From: Omnitrophica WOR_2 bacterium GWF2_43_52
Lineage (GTDB): Bacteria > Omnitrophota > Gorgyraeia > Gygaellales > UBA12090
Length of the DNA: 64,000 nt
NCBI GenBank assembly: GCA_001805445.1
Contig: MHGF01000003.1
Span: forward strand, 184,429-248,428
Direction of reading: 5' to 3'
The notes beneath the pieces were generated by a model that saw only the letters and a program-made list of their open reading frames with translations, had not been told where the DNA came from and ran no database searches. Positions 27,689 through 36,786 of the stretch are shown here, one piece after another; the stretch's first letter is position 1, and each line of letters opens with the position of its first letter. A program made the translations under genes and the position numbers.

Positions 27689-28351
27689 ATGAGAAAAGAC
27701 TTGCTTAGGACTGCTGAAATTTATCATGTTGTAAATAAAAGTATCGCGGGGTATACTATATTTAACAACAATGAGGAGTTTTTCAGGATGCTGAGCGTCA
27801 TCCGTTATTACCAAAGAAAGAACCCCGGCATCAGTTTTTGCAGATTCTTTGACCCTTCCGAAGACGGAAAAGATAACTTCTGCGATTTTACTGTTTTAGA
27901 AGATAAGGAAAAACTTGTCGAGATAATTTCATATTGCCTTATGCCAACCCACTTTCATTTAATTTTAAAACAGCTTATTGATAACGGAATCTCAACCTTT
28001 ATAAGCAATGTTGCAAATAGCTACGCGCGGTATTTCAACCTCAAACATAAACGAAAGGGCCCGCTTTGGGAAGGAAGATTTAAGAGCATTCTGGTAAAAT
28101 CCGATGAGCAGCTACTCCACTTAACACGATACATTCATTTAAATCCAGTAACAGCCTTGATAACAAACGAGCCTCACGACTGGCAAATGTCTTCTTATAA
28201 TGAATATGCCTATACCATGGCTGAAAATAAAAGAATCTGTAATTACAGCGATATTTTGAGCATCGATCCTGATTCTTACGGTAAATTCGTTAAAGACAGG
28301 ATTGCTTATCAAAAAGAATTGGCTAAAATTAAGGCTTTAATGCTTGAGTAA
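27689..28351 (+). CDS. REP-associated tyrosine transposase (RAYT; IS200/IS605-type Y1 HUH transposase)
   Basis: HUH motif in …CLMPTHFHLILKQ…, and a catalytic-Tyr region …LHLTRYIHLNPV… An AGGAGG RBS lies 8 nt upstream of ATG 27689. The gene is flanked on both sides by REP A palindromes. Confidence 0.7.
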   Translation: MRKDLLRTAEIYHVVNKSIAGYTIFNNNEEFFRMLSVIRYYQRKNPGISFCRFFDPSEDGKDNFCDFTVLEDKEKLVEIISYCLMPTHFHLILKQLIDNGISTFISNVANSYARYFNLKHKRKGPLWEGRFKSILVKSDEQLLHLTRYIHLNPVTALITNEPHDWQMSSYNEYAYTMAENKRICNYSDILSIDPDSYGKFVKDRIAYQKELAKIKALMLE

Positions 28352-28360
28352 CACCACGCA

Positions 28361-28400
28361 TTCAACCTCGTAGGTTGAAATAACAACCTACGAGGTTGAA
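28361..28400. repeat. REP family A pair (TTCAACCTCGTAGGTTGAA … CAACCTACGAGGTTGAA) immediately downstream of the RAYT
   Basis: The inverted arrangement is directly visible. Confidence 0.65.
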
Positions 28401-28413
28401 TCAGGTTAAAATT

Positions 28414-29535
28414 ATGGTAATGGTTTTTTGGGGCTCAATAGCGGTTATTTTGTATACGTACCTTGGATATCCTCTTATTGTTTACCTTATATCGCTTTTT
28501 TATAGACAACCGGTAAAAAGGTCGTATCCTTATCCTACGGTCACTATTGTTATGGCGGTGTATAATGAAGAAAAGAATATTGAAAGAAAAATGCAGTCGC
28601 TCCTGGAACTGGATTACCCGTCTTCAAGGGTGGAAATTTTGATTGGCTCTGACGGCTCAACCGATAACACGCATCAGATACTTTCGCGCTACACCAATGA
28701 AAGGATAAAGCTTTACTGTCAAGCCAACCGACAAGGAAAACCCTGCACCTTAAATATGCTCGCGAAACAGGCGCAGGGGGAATTACTCGTTTTTACCGAT
28801 GCCCGTCAAAGATTAGATAAAAGTTCTATTGATGAGCTAGTCAAAAATTTCGCTGACCCCAAAGTCGGTTCGGTAAGTGCTGAACTCTATTTTGAGGCTG
28901 ATAGAAATAAAACCGCGCAAGGCATGGGAATATATTGGAACTACGAAAAACTCATTCGTAAATATGAGTCTCGCACAGGCTCAATGATGGGGGCAACCGG
29001 CGCGCTCTATGCCATACGCAGGGATTTATTCCCTGAATTGCCCCAAGACCTGATTTTAGATGATGTCTATATCCCGATGAAAATAGTAGAACGAGGCTAC
29101 CGTACAATTTTTGACAAGAAAGCAAAATTATACGACCGCTACTCGGTTAATCCAAGAGAGGAATTTTCACGCAAGTGCCGGACATTGGCGGGCAATTACC
29201 AGCTGATTACCTATTTACCCTGGCTGCTTAATCCTTTTAAAAATAAAATAAGCTGGCAGTTTATCTCACACAAGTTTTTGCGGCTCATGGTTCCTTTTCT
29301 AATGATTATACTATTTACGAGCACTCTTTTCCTTGCCCAGGCCCAATTTTATAAAACGGCTTTATTTATCCAAAGTATTTTTTACGGCTTGGCGCTTATA
29401 GGCGGCGTGGTAAAGATTAAAAACAGTTTGATTGATATACCCCATATGTTTTGCGTCATGAACTTCGCGGCATTGATTGGTTGTTACCGTTTTTTGAGCC
29501 ATAAACAGGCTATCCTCTGGGAAAAAACAGCATAA
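28414..29535 (+). CDS. Membrane-bound family 2 glycosyltransferase (cellulose-synthase-like GT2)
   Basis: N-terminal transmembrane helix, then PTVTIVMAVYNEEKNIERKMQSLLELDYPSSRVEILIGSDGSTDNT, a DxD region and C-terminal transmembrane helices. The ATG at 28414 is preferred over the upstream TTG. Confidence 0.65.
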   Translation: MVMVFWGSIAVILYTYLGYPLIVYLISLFYRQPVKRSYPYPTVTIVMAVYNEEKNIERKMQSLLELDYPSSRVEILIGSDGSTDNTHQILSRYTNERIKLYCQANRQGKPCTLNMLAKQAQGELLVFTDARQRLDKSSIDELVKNFADPKVGSVSAELYFEADRNKTAQGMGIYWNYEKLIRKYESRTGSMMGATGALYAIRRDLFPELPQDLILDDVYIPMKIVERGYRTIFDKKAKLYDRYSVNPREEFSRKCRTLAGNYQLITYLPWLLNPFKNKISWQFISHKFLRLMVPFLMIILFTSTLFLAQAQFYKTALFIQSIFYGLALIGGVVKIKNSLIDIPHMFCVMNFAALIGCYRFLSHKQAILWEKTA

Positions 29536-29543
29536 CCGCCTTT

Positions 29544-29562
29544 TTCAACCTACGAGGTTGAA
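29544..29562. repeat. Single REP family A unit (TTCAACCTACGAGGTTGAA)
   Basis: Sits between the GT2 stop and the exosortase start. Confidence 0.55.
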
Positions 29563-29587
29563 AATAGGTTAAAACAGGAGAAACATC

Positions 29588-30400
29588 ATGAAAAAGATAG
29601 ACATAGCTAAAATTAGCGTTGTATCCTTAGTAACGTTGGCTGCCTATATACCCACTTTTATGTGGATGATAGACAGATGGAATGAACGTGATTCCTACTA
29701 TAACCACGGTATGTTAGTCCCCTTCATCAGCGCGTTCATTGTCTGGTTAAATAGAAAGAAGCTCGCCACATTAGAAATTAAGCCTTCAGCGCTCGGATGG
29801 CTTCTTTTTGGTACGGGGATTATCATCCATACCATAAGCGCGCTCGTCAGGGTATACTTTAGCTCAGGATTTTCACTTTTATTAACGCTCTCAGGACTAG
29901 TGCTGTTATTCCTAGGCAAGAAATTTCTGAAAGAACTTTTATTTCCCATCACATTCCTTATTTCCATGATACCTCTGCCGCTGGTAGCCATTGCTAATAT
30001 TAGTTTCCGCTTAAAAATATTCGCCGCGCAACTATCTACCGCCATCCTTAACGGCATGGGAATTCCCGCCATGCGTGACGGCAGTGTGATAAAAACCATG
30101 CACTCTTATTTAATGGTAGAGGACCCATGCTCCGGGATACGCTCATTGATTGCCCTCATTTCACTGGGAGCACTCATGGCATACTTTAGCAATACCACGA
30201 AAATAAAGAAGGCAATACTCTTTTTATCATCTATCCCCATAGCGGTTGGCTCTAACATCATCAGGATAGTTGCCTTGGCATTGGCCAGCGAGATGTATGG
30301 CACAAAGCTTGCCACCGGTACATTTCATGACGTCATGGGGATCCTTGTCTTTGTCTTTGCCTTTTTAGGGCTATCATTAGTAGGAAAAACGCTTGAATAA
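29588..30400 (+). CDS. Exosortase (XrtA/EpsH-family transpeptidase)
   Basis: An approximately 8-transmembrane-helix protein with exosortase hallmarks: the N-terminal …MWMIDRWNERDSYYNHGMLVPFIS… block, and conserved Arg/His in later loops. It is adjacent to an EpsI gene and multiple PEP-CTERM substrate genes. Confidence 0.7.
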   Translation: MKKIDIAKISVVSLVTLAAYIPTFMWMIDRWNERDSYYNHGMLVPFISAFIVWLNRKKLATLEIKPSALGWLLFGTGIIIHTISALVRVYFSSGFSLLLTLSGLVLLFLGKKFLKELLFPITFLISMIPLPLVAIANISFRLKIFAAQLSTAILNGMGIPAMRDGSVIKTMHSYLMVEDPCSGIRSLIALISLGALMAYFSNTTKIKKAILFLSSIPIAVGSNIIRIVALALASEMYGTKLATGTFHDVMGILVFVFAFLGLSLVGKTLE

Positions 30401-30413
30401 CAGCCAAACCAAA

Positions 30414-30475
30414 ATCAACCGCGGAGGTTGCGGAAATTTGTCGTCGGGAAAAAAAATCAACCGCGGAGGTTGATT
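30414..30475. repeat. REP family A variant composite: ATCAACCGCGGAGGTTG - linker (AAATTTGTCGTCGGGA) - ATCAACCGCGGAGGTTGAT
   Basis: The arms are a variant of the unit, and the linker is the same as in the 27601 and 45486 copies. Confidence 0.6.
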
Positions 30476-30487
30476 TAGGGAGGGGAG

Positions 30488-31108
30488 ATGAATAATAAGA
30501 CTTTTTTTGTGGTGTTGGGGGTTTTGATTGTGGTGGCGGGGTTGGCGCTTATGGCGTACCTGCCGGCAAGGACGGATATTGCTTTAAGCACAAAAGTTAG
30601 CGATTTTCCTAAAGAAATAGGGGAATGGAAGGGAACTGATTTGCCTATAGAAGAGAATGTATATGAAATCCTGGAAACCAGGAACCTTTTCATCAGAGAT
30701 TATAAAAACGCGAAAGGGGAATCTGTCTATCTTTACATTGTGTATTCGGAAGATAACCGAAAAGTCAGCCATCCTCCGGAAGTCTGCTTCTTGGGAAGCG
30801 GGGCTACGGTCGTAGACAAATCATCACTTGAACTCACACCCACTATTACAGCAAGCAAACTACTGATAGAAGACGCGAAGACCCGTAGTATAGTGGCCTA
30901 TTGGTTTAAGGCAGGAAACTTAAATACAAACCAATATATTAAGCAGCAGCTTAAAACCGTCTTTGACAGAATAGCGGGGAAAAGAACATCATCAGCGCTT
31001 ATTAGACTGTCTACAGATATAAAAAATGACCTGCACAATGATGCCATCAGTCTCTTAAAATCGTTTGCCAGCCAAATTGAACCGCTCATAACCAACTACG
31101 TACCATAA
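30488..31108 (+). CDS. EpsI-family exosortase-associated protein
   Basis: An N-terminal signal-anchor is followed by the characteristic …VSHPPEVCFLGSGATV… (H-x-PE-x-C…G-x-G) motif of EpsI. Confidence 0.65.
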   Translation: MNNKTFFVVLGVLIVVAGLALMAYLPARTDIALSTKVSDFPKEIGEWKGTDLPIEENVYEILETRNLFIRDYKNAKGESVYLYIVYSEDNRKVSHPPEVCFLGSGATVVDKSSLELTPTITASKLLIEDAKTRSIVAYWFKAGNLNTNQYIKQQLKTVFDRIAGKRTSSALIRLSTDIKNDLHNDAISLLKSFASQIEPLITNYVP

Positions 31109-31387
31109 TCTTAGCCTCCAGGCGTAACTCCTGTTATTTTTCGCCACAACAGATGTTGCATTCCTACTATTAATGTTTAAATAAGTATAAATTCATAACT
31201 CTTTTATTTTAATGGTGTAAGAGATAAATCAGGAAAACGTTTTCATAAGATGTTGCTTTTCGTGAACAAAAGAAGGAAAATATCAAAAAAATCAAAGAAA
31301 CAAAATACGTGTCATATAGAAAATCTTCGTAACCTGTTGTATAGCATTATACTAATATTTAAAAAAAGTTGTTGAAAAGGCACTTCT

Positions 31388-31404
31388 TGGCATAGAAATT
31401 GCTA
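31388..31404 (+). promoter_or_regulatory. Sigma-54 (-24/-12) promoter TGGCAT-agaaa-TTGCT upstream of the sugar-transferase / PEP-CTERM operon
   Basis: Matches the consensus TGGCAC-N5-TTGCW in 9 of 10 specified positions. Lies about 90 nt upstream of ATG 31494 in an AT-rich 380-bp intergenic region. rpoN and an NtrC-family activator are encoded in the same window. Confidence 0.5.
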
Positions 31405-31493
31405 CATACAATATATAAGGTATAAAACCTCACATGCGAAAACTTTTTTAAAGCCTACATCAGCGCGAGGAAAAAAAAGAAAAAAACAACTCT

Positions 31494-32345
31494 ATGATAA
31501 GTAAAAAACTAAATATATCATTAGTATTACTCATTGCCGGCCTATGGCTTAGCTTATTTAGCGGCATAAATAACCTTAGCTTTGCGGTAAATTCATTAGG
31601 GGATAACAAGAATATTTACAAAACCATAAAAACTAATTACCCTGTAAGCTCACCATCAAGCGCTCCTGTCCAGCAAAAATCACACGCCCCAGAACCAAGC
31701 AGCCTGTTTCTTATCTTAAGCGGAACCGTAGGAATGATTGTCCGCTTCGCCAGAAGAAGCTTTGAAAAATTTAAAAGGATTATGGATCTCTTTCTTTCTA
31801 TAGCAGGGCTTACCCTGACCTCTCCTTTAGTAACACTCGCGGCAGTAATGATTAAGCTCACCTCAAAGGGCCCGGTTGTCTACAAGCAAAACCGTGTTGG
31901 CAAAAATGGCGAGATTTTCAAAATCTATAAACTCAGGACCATGTTTCTTGACGCGGAAAAAAACACCGGAGCAGTCTGGGCACAGGAAAATGACCCGCGC
32001 ATCACCCCTGTCGGGAGGATTTTAAGAAAAACCCATATAGATGAAATCCCCCAGCTCCTTAATGTCATTACCGGCGAGATGAGCATTGTCGGGCCGCGGC
32101 CTGAGCGGCCTGAAATTGTGAAAGACCTAAAAGCCCTCATCCATGATTATGAAAATCGCCTAAGTGTAAAACCGGGCATTACAGGGCTTGCTCAAGTCAA
32201 ACATAAATACGATGAGACCATAGAAGACGTAAAGAAAAAGATAAAGTACGACCTCCTCTATATAAGGAAAATGTGCTGGCTGGTAGAAATGCGCATTATA
32301 GCCCAGACTTTTATTGTCGCGCTCACAGGGAAGGGAGCACGGTAG
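31494..32345 (+). CDS. Polyprenyl-phosphate sugar-phosphotransferase (bacterial sugar transferase domain; initiating glycosyltransferase)
   Basis: …PVVYKQNRVGKNGEIFKIYKLRTM…NDPRITPVGRILRKTHIDEIPQLLNVITGEMSIVGPRPERPE… is the canonical Bac_transf C-terminal domain. Confidence 0.75.
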   Translation: MISKKLNISLVLLIAGLWLSLFSGINNLSFAVNSLGDNKNIYKTIKTNYPVSSPSSAPVQQKSHAPEPSSLFLILSGTVGMIVRFARRSFEKFKRIMDLFLSIAGLTLTSPLVTLAAVMIKLTSKGPVVYKQNRVGKNGEIFKIYKLRTMFLDAEKNTGAVWAQENDPRITPVGRILRKTHIDEIPQLLNVITGEMSIVGPRPERPEIVKDLKALIHDYENRLSVKPGITGLAQVKHKYDETIEDVKKKIKYDLLYIRKMCWLVEMRIIAQTFIVALTGKGAR

Positions 32346-33113
32346 ATGATGATAACCAAACTAACGGCAAAGATACTAGCAGTTTGCGCCTTCGCCTCCG
32401 TTGTATCGGCGCACCAGGCAGGCGCGGCAATGATTGTATTTCAAAATGGCTTAAACGGATATACCGGAACCCAGGATGCCTATATATCGTCTGCCGCGAG
32501 CCAACGGGAAAAGAATTACGGAACAGCCGACAGATTAATTCTTAGAGCCGGCTCAGTGCCAAAGAATATTCTGGTTTCTTTTGATATCAATTCTCTCCCT
32601 GATGATTTATGCATTGATTCAGCAACCTTATCTCTGTATAAATTACGGACAACCCCTGACCCCATAGGCTCAGTGTATAAAATACTCAGCGGGCCATGGT
32701 CTGAAGGGAATGGAGGAAACGCGACAGCAGGCGATGTGGACTGGAATCACAGGATTCACGGCGGCACAGCATGGAATACCCCTGGTTTAGGCGCCAACAC
32801 CGATTACGAATTGCCCGCGTCAGATTCTGAAAACTTAACCGTCAACGGATGGTATAGCTGGGATATATCTTCAATTTTTCAGGATTGGTACAATGGAATA
32901 GACCCTAATTATGGCCTAGTGTTAAAAGCCACTGGCAATAACGATACATTAGAGTTCGCGTCTTCTGAATACGGCTACTGCTATAAACGCCCCAAATTAA
33001 TTATCAACTATCACCAGGGTTGCGGAATAGTTCCAGAACCGGCATCATTAAGTTTATTAGGATTTAGTTTATTAGGATTGGCAAAAATTAGAAGATTTAG
33101 AAAAGTTAATTAA
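32346..33113 (+). CDS. Secreted PEP-CTERM protein (paralog 1)
   Basis: A signal peptide and a C-terminus …GIVPEPASLSLLGFSLLGLAKIRRFRKVN, i.e. PEP + transmembrane helix + basic tail. Confidence 0.6.
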   Translation: MMITKLTAKILAVCAFASVVSAHQAGAAMIVFQNGLNGYTGTQDAYISSAASQREKNYGTADRLILRAGSVPKNILVSFDINSLPDDLCIDSATLSLYKLRTTPDPIGSVYKILSGPWSEGNGGNATAGDVDWNHRIHGGTAWNTPGLGANTDYELPASDSENLTVNGWYSWDISSIFQDWYNGIDPNYGLVLKATGNNDTLEFASSEYGYCYKRPKLIINYHQGCGIVPEPASLSLLGFSLLGLAKIRRFRKVN

Positions 33114-33127
33114 AACTGGAGGCATAT

Positions 33128-33991
33128 ATGAAAAAGTATCTCAATATAATAATCGGCGTAGTCTTAATTGCCACACTTGCCCTTATTCCTACGCTAAAGG
33201 CTGAAGCTGTGATAGTTGACAGCGGAAGCATCAGCCTTATTGACTCTACCGATATTATGCCCTTTCCAGACCCTGCCCCTACCGGCTCAGGGCTTGGGAC
33301 ATTAGACCTTATAATGCTTTCTTTTTCAGCAGGAGGCGCAGGCAATAACCCTTCAGGGCCGTTAAACTTTGATAACGCCAATACTGGCCTGCCCACCGGT
33401 TCAACTACAACAGCTAATGAATCCTATATAACTTCCGTTGGAGAACTCAGGGATTTCTACGACCTCAATTTTGGCGTTGGCGCGGTTAATGAAATGGTTC
33501 TCTTCCTAAATATCAACGAAACAGGAGGAACTCAAGATATACTTCTAAGTAAACTTGATATTGTTATTGACTACACTAGCCCAACTACCGGGGGAAGAGA
33601 TAATCCAGCGGCTAATGATATAACTTCAGCGACACAGAACAGCACCAACGACGTATTTGACGGCGGCACCCGCATCGCGAAATTAGGTGCGGGAACGCCT
33701 TTCTCCGTGCTACAGATAAATACCGGTATAGGCGCTATTGACCAGTATATCCTAACAGGCATAGACCCTTTTGACCCCGCGTATTCAGATTCTACAAGGA
33801 TTCTATTTCACTGGGAAAGCTCTGTACATGATGCGGGGGGCGAAGTGGTTTTCTTGAGCGGGACCTTTCGTAAAGAAGACCTTCCTGGTGACGGCGGTGG
33901 CGGCGGCAATGGCGTTATTCCCGAACCAACCACCATGTCGCTTTTAGGCTTAGGGCTTTTAGGGTTGGCAAAGTTAAGAAAGAAAAGATAG
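33128..33991 (+). CDS. Secreted PEP-CTERM protein (paralog 2)
   Basis: Signal peptide and Gly-rich stretch, then …GGGGGNGVIPEPTTMSLLGLGLLGLAKLRKKR. Confidence 0.65.
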   Translation: MKKYLNIIIGVVLIATLALIPTLKAEAVIVDSGSISLIDSTDIMPFPDPAPTGSGLGTLDLIMLSFSAGGAGNNPSGPLNFDNANTGLPTGSTTTANESYITSVGELRDFYDLNFGVGAVNEMVLFLNINETGGTQDILLSKLDIVIDYTSPTTGGRDNPAANDITSATQNSTNDVFDGGTRIAKLGAGTPFSVLQINTGIGAIDQYILTGIDPFDPAYSDSTRILFHWESSVHDAGGEVVFLSGTFRKEDLPGDGGGGGNGVIPEPTTMSLLGLGLLGLAKLRKKR

Positions 33992-34120
33992 TAAACACCC
34001 AAGCTTGACGTTACAAATTTCCTAAAAATAACAGGAAAACGCGGCTTGCTATATATAACGTAATAATACCAACATTTAAAAGTAACTGCCCTTGCAGACT
34101 CAATCAAAAGGAGAAGCAAA

Positions 34121-34771
34121 ATGAAAAGACTCGCAGTGATAACAGCAATACTTTCTATTGCGCTAACGGTAAGCAATGCCTCTGCCAGCACATTGACAGG
34201 ATTTGGCGATCCTATTGATGCTGCCGCGCTTGCCGGCGGAACAGTTATCGATTTTGATAGTGGCCCAACAGGATCTTATTCTTCGCTTACGCTTCTTGGT
34301 GTAACCTTCAATGATTTGGATTACACATTCAGAATCAGTTCTGCTTACATCGGTTCTTACAATACGGAAGGCACATATTCTCTTCAGAACGGTGATTACG
34401 ATAGCACGATGACCCATCGCCTTCGTTTTGACTTTGCGTCTGCGGTTGATGCCTTTGGTTTTAATTGGGGAGCGTCTGACGATACCTGGCTGCTTAGTGC
34501 TTTTGATTCAAGCAATAATTTACTTGATAGCCTTTCTATCGCACCAACTCAGAGCAGTAACTCCGGTGATTATTTTGGCATTGCATCTTCTAACATTTCA
34601 TATGCCACCATTGTTAATCAGTCAGGAGATAATGGTGACTTTATTTTTCTTGATGATTTCACTTATAAGGGTCAAGGCGGCGGCGGTAACGGCGTCATCC
34701 CTGAACCGACTACCATGTCGCTCTTAGGCTTAGGGCTTTTGGGGTTAGCAAAGTTAAGAAGGAAAGGGTAG
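34121..34771 (+). CDS. Secreted PEP-CTERM protein (paralog 3)
   Basis: Signal peptide, then …GQGGGGNGVIPEPTTMSLLGLGLLGLAKLRRKG, a tail nearly identical to paralog 2. Confidence 0.65.
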   Translation: MKRLAVITAILSIALTVSNASASTLTGFGDPIDAAALAGGTVIDFDSGPTGSYSSLTLLGVTFNDLDYTFRISSAYIGSYNTEGTYSLQNGDYDSTMTHRLRFDFASAVDAFGFNWGASDDTWLLSAFDSSNNLLDSLSIAPTQSSNSGDYFGIASSNISYATIVNQSGDNGDFIFLDDFTYKGQGGGGNGVIPEPTTMSLLGLGLLGLAKLRRKG

Positions 34772-34928
34772 GAAGCACCCAAGCTTGACGTTACAAATTT
34801 CCTAGAAATAACGGGAAACGCGGCTTGTTACATATATAACGTAATACTACCAACATTAAAGAGCGATTATCCTTGCAGATTTAAATTGGTTGCGGGGAGA
34901 TTCAATCAAAAAGAGAGGAGAACCATAG

Positions 34929-35891
34929 ATGGTAAGAAAAGTAACACTTATAACCTTAGCGGCATTCGGACTGCTCATCGGCAGACTGCCTAATGCCCAC
35001 GCCGCTACCTTCGCGACCGGAGATATTTTTGCTTCGGTAGCCAGCGGTAATGTAAACTGGTATCGGGCTGATGGATCATTTGTCCAAACCCTTAATATCG
35101 GAGCAGGCGGCTTTACTACAGGTATGGCCTTTGATGCTGCCGGGAATCTTTATGTCACAGGGTTCTCTGTCGGCACAGTTGACAAATTTGATACCAGCGG
35201 AAACCCATTAGGGAATTTTGCCGCGGGGCTTCCTACACCGGAATCTATTGTGTTTGATAATTCCGGAAACGCGTATGTGGGAAATGTGGGTGGCAGTATT
35301 AGAAAATTTGATTCTGCCGGGAATCCTTTAGCTACCATTCTTGCCGGTACCAGGGTCGATTTTATGGATCTTATGGCAGACCAAACCACCATGCTTTATA
35401 CGCAGGAAGGCGGCCTAATTAAATCGGTCAATGTAGCCACGAACACCGGGCTGGCTGACTTTGCCTCAGGTTATGGCGGAAGCCAGGCATTCGCCCTGCG
35501 TGTCTTAGCTGATGGCGGGGTTCTCTTAGCCGACAGGGTAAATGTAAAAAGGTTTAACTCAGCAGGCACCCTTATCCAAAGCTATGATATCGGGGGAGAA
35601 GACAGCTGGTTTGCCCTTAACCTCAATCCGGATGGAAACTCTTTCTGGAGCGGAAATTATAGTACCGCGAATCTCTATGAATTTGACCTTGCATCCGGAG
35701 TCAATACCCAGATTCTCAATACCGGGACAGGTGGGAACACTTTGTACGGAGTGGGTATTTTCGGCGAGCAAACCCAGGGATGCCAAGATTGCGGTGGAAC
35801 AGATAATAATGTTATTCCCGAACCTACCACCATGTCGCTTTTAGGCTTAGGGCTTTTAGGGTTAGCAAAGTTAAGAAAAAAAGCCGCATAG
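34929..35891 (+). CDS. Secreted PEP-CTERM protein with NHL/beta-propeller-like repeats (paralog 4)
   Basis: Repeated …GNPLGNF… / …SGNAYVGNVGG… / …AGNPLATI… blades, followed by …NVIPEPTTMSLLGLGLLGLAKLRKKAA. Confidence 0.65.
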   Translation: MVRKVTLITLAAFGLLIGRLPNAHAATFATGDIFASVASGNVNWYRADGSFVQTLNIGAGGFTTGMAFDAAGNLYVTGFSVGTVDKFDTSGNPLGNFAAGLPTPESIVFDNSGNAYVGNVGGSIRKFDSAGNPLATILAGTRVDFMDLMADQTTMLYTQEGGLIKSVNVATNTGLADFASGYGGSQAFALRVLADGGVLLADRVNVKRFNSAGTLIQSYDIGGEDSWFALNLNPDGNSFWSGNYSTANLYEFDLASGVNTQILNTGTGGNTLYGVGIFGEQTQGCQDCGGTDNNVIPEPTTMSLLGLGLLGLAKLRKKAA

Positions 35892-35961
35892 TCATCGTCT
35901 TGTGACATGGTGACTTTGTGACTTGTGACTCTATAAGTTTTTTAAATCTACAGTAGAGGAG

Positions 35962-36765
35962 GTGAAAAACATAATGAAGAAAGTATTAATCGCGTTGTTT
36001 GTATTAGCATTAGCTGTTAGCGGTGCCACAAAAGCTCAAGCTATAAATATTCCCGCGGGTCCAATTACCTTTCACTGGACAAATTGGGAAACTAGAGTCG
36101 ACGAAGTAGATGATACCTTAGACGGTATCTTCAGACTTGACCAGATTCTCCAAGGTGTTAACGTTATCTGGAGTGCTGGTGGCGGCGAAGAGCTTACTGG
36201 AACCTTTCAAAACCTGACAGTAGATACTTTTGATGGAGAGAGTGTTGGTGATATCATAGGATTTTCAGGTGGTGACTTACAAGTATATTTAGACACCACC
36301 CCTGACTTTGATCCTACGTCTCCGGGAAGCGGGGTAACTGATGGTGACCTTTGGTTAGACATGGACTTTGTAACCGGAGGAGATTTCTTTAACCCTACGA
36401 ATACTCTCACTTCAATCGTAACCGGCGCAGGAGTTGATCCCGACGCAGTTCTTTCTATCAAAGGAACAGGTTCAGGGTTACTTGAGGTAGTTGGCGGTAG
36501 CGCGGCAGGTATCTTTGACACCAACACCTATGCCCGTCTTGATGGAAGCGGCTTGTTCGCTGATATGAGTTTGTCCGCAAACTTTTTTATCAGATATACA
36601 GGTACAGATCCATTTGATGTGACTGGGAATAGGAAAGATGGCTGGGATGTCTGGAGCAGTGACCCTATCGGGGCCAATGCAGTTCCTGAACCAACCTCAA
36701 TGCTGCTTTTTGGCATGGGAATGGCTGGTTTAGTAGCAAAGAAGTTAGCAAAGAAAAGAGCCTAA
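35962..36765 (+). CDS. Secreted PEP-CTERM protein (paralog 5)
   Basis: Signal peptide, then …AVPEPTSMLLFGMGMAGLVAKKLAKKRA. Confidence 0.6.
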   Translation: MKNIMKKVLIALFVLALAVSGATKAQAINIPAGPITFHWTNWETRVDEVDDTLDGIFRLDQILQGVNVIWSAGGGEELTGTFQNLTVDTFDGESVGDIIGFSGGDLQVYLDTTPDFDPTSPGSGVTDGDLWLDMDFVTGGDFFNPTNTLTSIVTGAGVDPDAVLSIKGTGSGLLEVVGGSAAGIFDTNTYARLDGSGLFADMSLSANFFIRYTGTDPFDVTGNRKDGWDVWSSDPIGANAVPEPTSMLLFGMGMAGLVAKKLAKKRA

Positions 36766-36786
36766 TTTACAGCATTAACGTAAATT

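Noticed and set aside
29698-30315. Minus-strand ORFs (133 aa and 69 aa) inside the exosortase gene
   Set aside because: They are antisense to a polytopic membrane protein with conserved exosortase motifs. They are hydrophobic artefacts of complementing a transmembrane-coding region.
31110-31493. AT-rich 380-bp gap and other intergenic gaps (52000-52190, 58933-59170) scanned for tRNA/ncRNA genes
   Set aside because: No cloverleaf-compatible segments (acceptor stem + T-loop GTTC) were recognised by eye. Only promoter-like elements were found.
33992-34120. Possible sigma-54 promoter in the duplicated module upstream of PEP-CTERM paralogs 3 and 4 (GG…GC in ACAGGAAAACGCGGCTTGCT)
   Set aside because: The GG to GC spacing is 12 nt rather than the required 10. 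The TTGACG … TATATA hexamers are about 45 nt apart, which is too far for sigma-70. It was kept only as a conserved module, not called as a promoter.
34428-36527. Internal or antisense ORFs within the PEP-CTERM genes (34428-34727 +, 35150-35392 -, 35584-35844 +, 36207-36527 -)
   Set aside because: All are embedded in or antisense to ORFs that have a signal peptide plus a PEP-CTERM tail. No independent support.
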